Below are positions 13,850 to 25,475 of a DNA stretch of 64,000 nt, in pieces. This DNA is from Psammoneis japonica. Lineage: Eukaryota. Position 1 is the first letter of the stretch, and each line of letters starts with the position of its first letter. The notes beneath the pieces were generated by a model, which saw only the letters and a list, made by a program, of their open reading frames with translations, had not been told where the DNA came from and did no database searches. The stretch spans positions 496,001 through 560,000 of the forward strand of contig QPGO01000013.1 in the NCBI GenBank assembly GCA_008632985.1. The letters run 5' to 3'. The translations under genes and the position numbers were made by a program.

Positions 13850-14160
13850 CCCTCCCCCCAAACACTTGTGAGTGTGTCTGCCCCCCAGTTTCAAGTTGTC
13901 AGATTTGGCACAGCAGTTGTCAAATTCAACAAACTGCTGTTTTTTGACAAAATTGCACTGCTTGTGGCAGACAAGCCACAACTTTCCAGAAAATGTTGGC
14001 AACAATTGGTGTTTGATTGGCTGACAAGCCAAACAATGCTTGTGGTTGCAAGCACTGTGTGCATGCCCTGTGCTGCTGTCTTGCAAGTCAACAAAGTTTG
14101 ACCTGACCCAATGCTGAATTTTTTTGGCAAACCCAAGCATTTGAAATGATGCGTGCAATC
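13850..14160 (-). repeat. Hypermutated copy of a non-coding repeat also found at ~42262-42566
   Basis: Reverse complement aligns with 42262-42566, e.g. TGGAAAGTTGTGGCTTGTCTGCCA vs TGGAAAGTTGCGGCTTGTCTACCA. Both end in CACAAGTGTTTGGGGG. Confidence 0.8.
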
Positions 14161-16423
14161 TTTGCAAAGCTCACAAAAAAAGACCTCCACTCATTGACCC
14201 ACTTTTTCAGCTCCATTTTGCACAAAAAAAGGCTCCTGTTCTAAGATCAGTTTCTTCTGAATGCACACAGCACAGTGCAAGCAATCATGCACCCCACAAA
14301 AAAGAGAAGCACACATCACTTTGTCTTTTTGAAGCCATCATCACGCTTTGTCATTCATTGTCCAAACCACAATCTCTGTTGGCACTCTGAGCTGCACTGA
14401 ACAATGAGACAGGTGTGGCATGTGTTCCACCCATCATTTGCCTGTCAGGTCTCATGCAAAACAAGTGCTCCAACTCAGGCTTTCTGCCAGGTTCATGCAA
14501 GCACAAGTTCTGGCAGTTGAAGACCTTTGAGATGCACTCCTGTTGGATCTGGTTGAGACAATCATTTGTCTGTGGACAGTTTGAGGCATGCTCTTGGAGA
14601 AGTGACCAAGGGCTGGCAAGAATCAACCCATGAAAAGGCAGCAAATGTTGTTGTTTTGACCCATCAACAAGAGATGCTCTGAAAGACAAGGAGCTTGATC
14701 CAATCCCATCTGTGAGCAGCGATTTCTTGCAAGCTGCTGACTGTGGTGCTGGTGAGGACACTTGCCAATTGAGTGCAAAAAGCTCATGCTAGAGAGAGAG
14801 TGCACCTGGTTGACAACTTTTTCAGCTTGGGTGGTTTGATCATTGGAGCTTTGCAAGCAGGCATCACATGGTGAGCAGTCATTCTGTCAAACAATTGGCA
14901 CATGGTTGTTCCAGAGAAAGATTGGCAGCAGCACCAGCAGCAGCAGCAGCTGCAGGTTTTAGCAGCTTGTTGCCAGCAGCTTGTTGCAAAAACAAGTGCT
15001 CTGCACAAGCAGCCATTCCAAAAAATGACTGGTGGCAGCAGCGCCAGCAGCTTTGGTGTTGTGTCAGCAATGGGTGGTGGTGGCAGCAGCAATGTTGACA
15101 TCAGCAGTTTCATTGTCTTGCTGCAAACAAGTGCTGCACAAGTGGCTCTCCCAAATTTGTCAAAGCATCATCATCAGAAGCAGTTTTTAATGTCTTGCAC
15201 TGCAAACAAGTGCTGCAAAAGCAGCTGCACCAAACAATGGCAGCTTCAGCAGTTTTGACATCTTTTGGGCTCTTCTTAGAAATCTGTGTGTGTGGCTTGT
15301 CTGGAGCACCATTTGGCCACAAAGCCTGCGTCAAAGAAGCAAAGCACTCAGGCAACTCTTTTTGTTTTGCAAAATGTGTTGAGCCAGGTTGTCAAGAAAC
15401 AACCCATGTGGCAACCTCTTCATTTGTGAACTTCCGAAAATTTGACACTTGACAAGTGGCATTTCCATCTTGTGTTCCCAGCTTTCGTGGCACTTCTTTG
15501 CCTTTCCTGAGTGTGCTTCACAAGAAAAATGAAAAGCAACAGTGGCTGGGTGCATTGTGGACAAGTGGCCCAAGTTTGGCAGCAAACTGACGGCACTGAC
15601 ATCTTCTTCTCAGATGCCCTTGCTCTGCCATGAGGACTTTGTTTGGCCTTTTTGTCTTGTGTCTTGAGGTGCTTTGCATTGCCTCCTTTTTGCCCCACCT
15701 GAAAGACACAAAAAGCAATGGATCATGAGCACACTGACAACACACAGCAGCACAGATGCACGGCGCAACTCTTCATGCACTGATCATTCTCCAAAGCACA
15801 GCGCACCATTTGCGCAAACATTTGTTGTGCACCCAAACTTTGGCACACAAGGAACATGGGGTGAAAGAGAGTTGGCAGATGGAACACCTCCATTGAGCTC
15901 ACTGGCCTGGATCATCTAAAGATGCCATTGTTGCCATGTGTTGCAAGTGCGGCGCATTTTTTGGCAGAAAATCATGAGCCACATTGGCCAAATTCGAGCA
16001 AAAAAAGCAGCAACAGGCCACCCTCACTGGCACTTGAAGAACAAAACCCAAACGAACCTTCACTGTGATGTGCCTCACCGGCACAGTGCACGGACTCTAG
16101 GTAACGCACACTGTAGACTGCTCTCTCTAGAGTAGAGGGGCCCTGCAGCACTGTGGGCACCGGTGGAATCATCAGCCACACCCAACAACCAGATTTTCAA
16201 ACTCATTTATCGAAAAAATTAGCCCAGTACATTTTTCCACGCACACTTGCGTGTTGCGAAGCCACGCAAATCTTTAGCATTCATTTTCCTTCATCCATGA
16301 GGCTTTTTATTTGATAGAGAAGGCGCGTGGACCACACAAACGTCAGTGAACGATCAAATCGCAATCGCATTTTTTCCAAAGCGAGATCTTTCGCACAATT
16401 CGTCGACACTGTCTATTATTACA

Positions 16424-17741
<1,318 letters not shown>

Positions 17742-18021
17742 ATTCAAAGTCACACAAATCATTTCACAGCACTCGCTAATTAATCATTTGTAGACCATCA
17801 TTTTTTCCAACTTCTTGCTTTATTATTAGTTGCGACGTCGCCACATAGATTTGCATGAAATTTTCCCTGTCTTGGATGTACAAAGTATGCAACCACCTAG
17901 ACATCACAGCATACGCTGTACGAACTACAGTGCACACAGGGCATATAATCCGATCATGGCAACAGGAAAGTGTCGTAGACCACTAATAATCTCTCCTCAA
18001 GAAGCGAGGGCACCTACAGTA

Positions 18022-19275
18022 TCATTGCTTCATCCGTCTTAGTTCGGGACGAGCGCTCTCTTGCGCACCTGACCGCGTTGCGACATTGATGGCACTCATC
18101 ATGGATCCAACATTCTCACTGTTTCCAAAACCTGCCGCCTTCTTCGCTACAGAGCCACTCCTTTTTGGGGGCGCATTGTTAGCTACGGTTTTTGGACAAC
18201 TCTTAGTGAGAGAGCCTTTTGGCAGTCCGCTAGGTATCATAAAGGATGGGGTGTGGTGATCACTAAAGCTGCTACCACCACTCAGTATAGCTTGTTTCGC
18301 CAAATAGTATTCACGCGTCTTTCTTTTCGCGTCGTCAAAGTCTGTCTTTACCGCGTCCGCGTCGGAGGCGGCTGCAGCCAACGCTAAATTCCTTGACCAC
18401 GCTGTGAATTCCTTGTAACGCTCTGCGATTTGCTCGTCCTTGTTTTTGGACCGACGTCGCTTCCTCTGCTCGTTCAGAACCATCGTTAAAGCTAGATGTT
18501 TGCTGTTCTCCACCTCTTTCTGTTCTTGCGACAAGTATCGCTCTAACCCGCGGCGAGAATGTCCAAACTTTTTGTACCACTTGCTAGACTTTTCTTGCTG
18601 GGTTGCTTCATCTCCCAACCAAACTTCGCAGCCACCCAATTGCTTCGAATTCATCAACAACTTGAGTTCCAATTTGAACGCTTCGAAATCGCTCTGCTGC
18701 CACCAAATCTCTTTGCGTTCTTCTGGTGTCATGGTAAAAAAGGGTTGAATTGCTACCATCTTTCCAATCGGATTTGAGAAATGTACAACGCATTTTTGGT
18801 GTGGATGTTCATGAAAGTCTGAAGGATTGTATGTTCTTCTCTGGGACTGGTCAACGCCCGGAGTAATCTGCACCTCAATGCTAGATCGCTTCAATATGCC
18901 TCCCTCACGATGGCTATCAACGCGCTCGAGGTGCGGAAAGTCATCGCTGTTTTCATCGCAATTCTCATCGTCAGAATCTGTCTCTTCCTCGCTGAACCAT
19001 GGAGCCCAGAAACAACCAACCTTGCAGTCGTTCTTTTTGGTGCTGCGTTTCTTTTTCGTTCCATAAAAATCACTTTCATACTTGGCTACGTCGTGGCCGA
19101 GCTCCCACCACGATTCTTCGTCATATGTGCTGGTGGGTGACTTTTTCTCTGCAATAAATGATGATTCCTCAAGCGGTGATTGCAGTTCGTTATGGCTGGC
19201 GATTGCCGGGTCGTACTGCGCATGTGCAAGATTTTTAAGATTCTGATACGAATCTCTGGTGTTTCCCAATGGCAT
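18022..19275 (-). CDS. Hypothetical protein (~417 aa); start uncertain
   Basis: Long ORF with normal composition. The VHFS...IWW...RGLE pattern resembles common diatom uncharacterised families. Confidence 0.75.
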   Translation of the reverse strand: MPLGNTRDSYQNLKNLAHAQYDPAIASHNELQSPLEESSFIAEKKSPTSTYDEESWWELGHDVAKYESDFYGTKKKRSTKKNDCKVGCFWAPWFSEEETDSDDENCDENSDDFPHLERVDSHREGGILKRSSIEVQITPGVDQSQRRTYNPSDFHEHPHQKCVVHFSNPIGKMVAIQPFFTMTPEERKEIWWQQSDFEAFKLELKLLMNSKQLGGCEVWLGDEATQQEKSSKWYKKFGHSRRGLERYLSQEQKEVENSKHLALTMVLNEQRKRRRSKNKDEQIAERYKEFTAWSRNLALAAAASDADAVKTDFDDAKRKTREYYLAKQAILSGGSSFSDHHTPSFMIPSGLPKGSLTKSCPKTVANNAPPKRSGSVAKKAAGFGNSENVGSMMSAINVATRSGAQESARPELRRMKQ

Positions 19276-19737
19276 TTTCGTTTCTTCAGAGAAGCTCACT
19301 GCTCAATTGATTTTAAAAAGATACTGACAAATCGACGTAAGCCTTGTAACTAGAGATGCGGAGGAGTTGGATTCAATACCGCATGCCGCATCCACATAAG
19401 AGACTCCAAAAAGAACGTTCAAAACTTGTCAAAACAGAACAAAATGCGACAGCGACATACTGTATTCATGTGATAGAAGTCTTACCGCCCGTAGGGTACA
19501 GTACATACCATACAGGGGGCCCCCATAGGTGCACCCCCACAGTTACACATTATTCGTATCTGAACATCCTTAAAACAATAAAGTACGCCCCCTCCAAGAG
19601 AAAATGGTGCCCCGCCGAAGCCCGCGTTACCATAGATTGGATCTTGCGGATGGATTGGTAGATACCGCCCGGTAGAGGTAGTACGGTGACTAGAGCGACA
19701 CTCTACTGTAGATTATCTGTGACTATCTGCCGCCAAG

Positions 19738-19800
19738 CTCTCTCTCAGCTCTCTCTCAGCTCTCTCTCTCTCTCTAGAGTAGCTAGAGTAGCTCTAGAGT
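19738..19800. repeat. (CT)n / CTAGAG low-complexity microsatellite
   Basis: CTCTCTCTCAG units followed by TAGAGTAGC units. Confidence 0.7.
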
Positions 19801-20160
19801 TGCTTTTTACCCACCGCTATTACAACAGCAGATGGTATTAGGGTACATATGCTCTACGTCTAAGAGTGAGCCCAATTGCAGTCAATGAATTACGTTCAAA
19901 GGCAGGTCGTTTAGGATGTGCCTTATGCAACCCAGGGAGAAAAGAGGCGCAGCCAGACAACCCACAGAAGAAAGAGAGGCAACGAGAATAGATTGGAAAA
20001 GTGTGCAAGAAACTAATTGAATTAGATTCCTAAGATGTTTTAATATCTCCAAAGGAACATCGTCAAGTTTTAGTATGTAAAGACACCAATGTTGATACAT
20101 AAACCAGACTACCCATGCTGTACATAAATATACATTTAGTTCTCTATCTTAGCCATCTTC

Positions 20161-21078
20161 CTACTCTCTTGCATTCCTACGTAGCTCCAAAAGAACGTCA
20201 CCTAGGTATGTAAAGACGCCTTCAGCAAAATGCCGCCTGATGTTTCTACATTCACGCAGAAGAGACTCCGCGAGTTTCGCTTCCATGAACTCCTTGAACT
20301 CGGGCGTCGATCGGTATTCAGTTGTTTCATCACCTGGTAGCCCACCACCTTGATCGTTGTCGTCAGTTCCACACATTGAACAGCTGGTTCGAACTCGGAA
20401 AGTCTTTTTCTTGCTGCGTTTCTTGTTTCTGTTTCTCTTCTTTCGTCGGGCCCTCTTTGTTTGCGCAGCCGTTTGAAGAAAGCGTTTGCCGTCGCTGCTG
20501 TTGTCACTGCTGGAGTCGCTGTTTTCGCTGTCGTCGCTTTCACTATTGTCTTTCTTCTTGACGTGCTTACTGGAAACGCCTTCGTCTTCCCTGTCCCTCG
20601 TCCACTTCTTCACGAAGTGTTGCAGCATCTTCACTCCTTTCTTCTCTGCATCTGTCATCTCTTGCGTATTTGTTTTATAGAAAGGAGCTTTCACCTCCAT
20701 CTTTTCGGGCTTACTACCTTGAAACTCTGCGTAAATGGTATTACCATCATCTTCGTCCAGAACGTTCACATCTACCTCTCCCCAGCTGCTTGTTGGGTCG
20801 TAGCCTAGCAACTCGACGAGGTAAGCTTTTTCGTGGATAGGCACGTTTGTCAGGATTGAGGCTGCCATGCATTCGGCGTCATCTCTACCAGGTTCATAAT
20901 TTTCGTCCAAGAACCAAACGTCATACGAGTAGTCGTAAGTTCTCTCGAGAGGATTACTCTTGCGGTCTTTCAAATTTCTACGCCCTATCAGATCGAGGTT
21001 CCGAAGGGGCGACTTGTCGGCCATGCCATTCCATTGCGTGGTAAATGCGATGAGTATGGTCAAAAGCTGTATCCTCAT
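20161..21078 (-). CDS. Putative secreted protein (305 aa) with Ser/Asp-rich and polybasic tracts
   Basis: Hydrophobic N-terminus MRIQLLTILIAF; RNL/RFL motifs; RRKKRNRNKKRSKKK; CxxC. Confidence 0.8.
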   Translation of the reverse strand: MRIQLLTILIAFTTQWNGMADKSPLRNLDLIGRRNLKDRKSNPLERTYDYSYDVWFLDENYEPGRDDAECMAASILTNVPIHEKAYLVELLGYDPTSSWGEVDVNVLDEDDGNTIYAEFQGSKPEKMEVKAPFYKTNTQEMTDAEKKGVKMLQHFVKKWTRDREDEGVSSKHVKKKDNSESDDSENSDSSSDNSSDGKRFLQTAAQTKRARRKKRNRNKKRSKKKTFRVRTSCSMCGTDDNDQGGGLPGDETTEYRSTPEFKEFMEAKLAESLLRECRNIRRHFAEGVFTYLGDVLLELRRNARE

Positions 21079-21720
21079 CGTGATTCAATTGTATGTAGGG
21101 AAGGAAGAAGGAAGAAGCCGTGCTCGCTATCTGAATTTGTGGGTATTGGAGTAGACTACTTCTATGATAGGTATGATACACTACTGTACAAGCGGAGCGA
21201 TGCTATGACCTCTCGTGTGTAACGTCCGTTACGTTCGAGGGGCTTTAGTTTCATCATGCAAAATGACCAAACAAGAAAAGGCAGGCCGGCAGGATATATA
21301 TTTGAGACATCGAGGGAGGGGGTCATCGCCGAATTATTGTTCTACAGTAATTGCCTTTAGCCATGACGAATAAACTTCTATGCCCCGATAGATCGTTAAG
21401 TAGAACCGTTCTCCAGACATATGCCCCTCGTTACAGTACCGGCGGCCCATTCTGCACTCACTCTTCACTCGTTTTTCCTATGAATACCTCAGGATAGAGT
21501 CGCACGACGAGGATCAACGCTGTCTAGGCCTACTCTATCTAGCCGCCTACCGCATACTACAAACCTTAAAGAGGAGTCGGTCAAAATAGGACATCAACGT
21601 CTTCTTCGAATAGAATCTCGACCGGCATCTCGTCCATTGAAGAATTCCCGTACCAGTAAGGTATAATCGGAAGAAGGCGCCTGAGTCACCCTCAAGGAAT
21701 TCATCGCTTCCGAATCGGGC

Positions 21721-24445
21721 CTACTCTCGGTGGCGGCCTTGATCTCTATACCATAGAACCTCTTCGTACGTCTTTAATTTGAGAGTATTGAGATCGATCC
21801 TCGAACTTTCTAGGAAATCAGGGCCGACCAGTGGCTGTTCGACACTCTTCTGCTCGCAAACAAGTTTTGCTGAAACAAATTAGAAAAGGCACTCTATCCA
21901 GAAAGACGACGCGGATACACCACCTACCTCCATTTCCTTTCGTCGAACGCCTTTCAAGAAATCGTGTTCAAGTGCTTCTTCAGCAGTGCAACGCTTTTTG
22001 GGGTTGAATTTGAGCATGTGTTTCAACAAATCCAAGGCCGCTGGATCAGCTGCTGGAAACAGAGATTCAAATGGGGTACCCTTCTGTTTGTCTAGAGACT
22101 TGACATAATCAGTTACCTGTGTACAAGCAGATTTCGATGTTCTGTCAGAACAGTTCACGGTATTTACAGACGTTGCAAGAAAAAAGCGCGGACAAAGATA
22201 CCTTTCCAATCGAATCAAGGTCTTCTGCTTCAGGCGTGCCAATGACACCAAATATGACGCTAAGTTGATCCAGCCGTTCATCCTTCTTGATGGCGCCGCC
22301 TTCCCCGGAAAGGGGATAGCAGGATCCACCGGGAAAGAGAGGTTGTCGTTCTTCGTAGCCAGGTAGGCTCCCTTCTTGCATACTCAACAGCTCGGCCAAA
22401 ATGCAACCCATGCTCCAGATATCAACCGCAGATGAATAAGGTTGTATCAAGATAAGTTCCGGTGCGCGGTACCACCTTGTTACCACATGCTTTGTCAGCT
22501 GCCTTGTCAGCCGCGACTTCTGGCAGAGAAGGATAATGGCTCATCAGCATCGAACAGTTCATACAACGCATTGAAAGGTTCAACATAGATTGCAACGTAC
22601 CGGTACAGCCCCAAAGCTAACAGGCGTGTCAATAATGTTTGCTTCACCTGCTTCTGTGGATGAGCCGTCTTTAGGTTCGTCGTCGTCACCAGCTGTTGCT
22701 GATGAAAGCATTGTAGATTCATTAACAATTCTTGCTAACCCAAAATCGCAAATCTACGGTGATAGGCAATTCAACGGCAGAAAAGAATGTCAGGATGAGG
22801 CATCAAACTGGCGCACAATGCAATTGGTGCTAGAGCTGACTGCCGACTGAACGAACCTTTAGAGAACAATCCTCGTTCAACAAAATGTTTGCTGGTTTCT
22901 GTGGTCAACAAAAAGAAAATAATGATTAGGAGAATCGAGCCATACCCAAACGCATAGACTGTAGACTAACTTCACTTACTAGATCACGATGAATTACTGA
23001 CGACGAATGAATATACTTGAGACCCGCCAACATTTGATACAAGAATGTCTGAAACAGCGAACCGGACAAAAGGGTGAGGCTTGACAAAAACCTTTCATGA
23101 TGCGTTTACGAATGGATGGATCAACACGGAAGCGTACCTGTATGTGCTCTGTTGTCAAAAACTGTGGCGACATGATAAGTTTGTACAAGTCTGTGTCCAC
23201 ATCTAATACAGTCCGACAGAAAGAGATAGGTCAGAAACAATAAGAAGGACATTGAGCGTTTCACAGCAGCGAAAATGCATATCCTCCCACTGGTCGATGA
23301 TGACTCACATTCAAACACGAGATACAAGTCATGAAAGTCATCCAAGTCTTCCGTTGGAGGTTGAACAACATCCAACAACTGAATAATACATTCGTGTCCC
23401 CTTAATCTTCTCAGAATGTGCATTTCTCGGTATAATCGAACAGCATCCACCTCTTGCTCAAATGCGGATGTGATTCGTTTTATAGCAACAAAGGTGTCTT
23501 CCTTCTTTCTGGCAGTCGAATGCAAATCCCGTGCCTGTGCAACTTCACCGTAGGAACCTCGTCCCAGTATTCTCACAGTTCGTATCGATCTCCGACGGCC
23601 CATTCACTAAAGTCTTCAGCCAACCCCGGGCCAGACTTTTTCCGTCGATTTTCGGTTGGTGCAGGAGTGGCCGCAGCGGATGCAGTGGCAGCGTTGCGCT
23701 CTTGCTCCAAAAGATGAGCATTCTCCATTACACCATGCTGTGGGTCACGTCGCATTTCCAACTCATAGTCGTCTTCCATCATTTGTGGACGCGGCGTTGC
23801 CATATCTTGAAACGTCTGTACAATACTGGCTGGTGTCGAGGGTGGTGCCGGTGGCGGTGGAAGAGGTGATGGTCCTGAAGTGCGACTTGAGGGAGACATG
23901 TGTAAGGGTGACTCTGGAAGATGCTCCTGTGATGGGGAGGCGCGAGGGGAATGGTGCATCAGCTCATCCGACGCATCGTCTTGGGGGCGTGGTGTCAACA
24001 GAGGTCTTCGCTTGCTTTCTCTGTACTCTTCACTATGATCTAACCCTTCTTCAACAGACGATTCAGTTAACGTTGCTGATGGATTACGCGAAAATGGAGG
24101 AGGTTGAAGAGCAGAGGAAGAGACGCTCACAACCTCAGGCAAGTCTCCCCGCTGCCGTTTCCTGGATGGCGAGACGTCATTCCCCTGTTGTGACGGTCCC
24201 ATCTCTTTATGATTTGATTCATCAGCTAATCCGTTGTTTACTTGCTCCGTATCTTTAGTCGCCGTTTCTCGCGGTGTTTCGTCACGGAGGCGTTTGGAGG
24301 CATTCTGACTTGTGTTTGGCTCGATTGGAGGAGACATGACTTCAGGTGTGGTCGCCGATGCGCCGCCCGCCGAGTCGTGACTGTTTGGTCCCACTTCCTG
24401 CTTCCCACCTCCATTTTGTGGTACATCTACCCTTTGATGATCCAT
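21721..24445 (-). CDS. Multi-exon MAP kinase with a long N-terminal extension, TKH activation loop, and an apparent 1-nt frameshift at ~23577
   Basis: [47 protein letters not shown] across GT-AG introns. Stop TAG at 21721-21723. Confidence 0.9.
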
Positions 24446-25475
24446 GAGATCTTTCTTTATTTGCAGCAATGTGCTGGAGTATGCCTCTGCCAAGGAAAAT
24501 CTACTAGCAGCTTTATTATGCGCTCCCTATCGCCTCTTTCAACGATGCGTTCCCCAAACAAAAAACCCCGACACTTTCCAGATACAGATTACAGTCTCGC
24601 CACAAACTTAATTGTTTCATATACCAACAAATCAACAACAGTGGGTTTTTTACTCTTGCTGTAAGTATCTTTTTCGAAAGTTTTTCTGTCGGCACAAATC
24701 GTGGACGTCGTGTTGTCAGTTGAGCGTGATGAAAATGACGTGATCGTGAGAGCGGCTTCAACCTTGGATTTCACGTACAAGTCGTACTGAGATTGTGCGT
24801 AGGGTGGAAGATCTATTTCTACGTCAGCCTCCGTATTGTTTGCTGTAGATGGTAAGAAAGATCCAAGAATCTTTGAATTTTAATCTTCATCAATGGATAA
24901 AGTGTTTCCAAAGGCATCTTCTCACCCCGCCTTTGGTCTAGCCGCATTGTCAGGATTAGTGTATAGGGCCTACCCTTTACCAGCTCATGTGTTTCGAGAT
25001 CTAGTTGAACTTTTAAGGTTAATCTTTGATGAGAGAAACACTCATTGTTACAGTTTCGACGGTTGTTTGTTTCCATCTCCTTTGCTTGACCATGATGCTT
25101 TCAAGTCTAGAGTGGGACCAGCGAAGCTCATGCCCAGAGGATTGATGTGTTGGCTGGGAGTGAGCAGTAGGAGCTACAGAAAGCACATCACAAGTGCCAT
25201 ACGGTGCAGAAATCTAAGAGTGCAGCATGGCATAGAACTGACATTGCAACGACGATTCTTCGAATCGAACTCGGGTGGGGAGGCGGACAGTCGAATCGAG
25301 TCGTGCATCACGCACTCTACCACCCGCCCACTTTTTTTGATTTTTTGTCTTCAGCCCGGCCACATGCCACAACCACAACACACCGACAGCAAAAACACTC
25401 TTGACGCTGCTGTTCCAAGCAACATTATCCTTTCCGCAGTACCCCATCAAACGGCTCAGCTTCTTCCCTTCAAAC

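Larger units (their letters stand above)
1400..16090. other. CpG/TpA-depleted, TpG/CpA-rich degenerate domain 1 (decayed repeats/TEs)
   Basis: TA nearly absent and CG rare. Six-frame ORFs almost lack Tyr and are Cys/His-rich. Contains internal repeats. Boundaries are approximate; 13350-13660 is less converted. Confidence 0.9.

Noticed and set aside
1400..16090. Hundreds of overlapping Cys/His-rich ORFs here and in the other depleted domains
   Set aside because: By-product of TA depletion (fewer TAA/TAG stops) and TG/CA excess; they are not metal-binding proteins or real genes.
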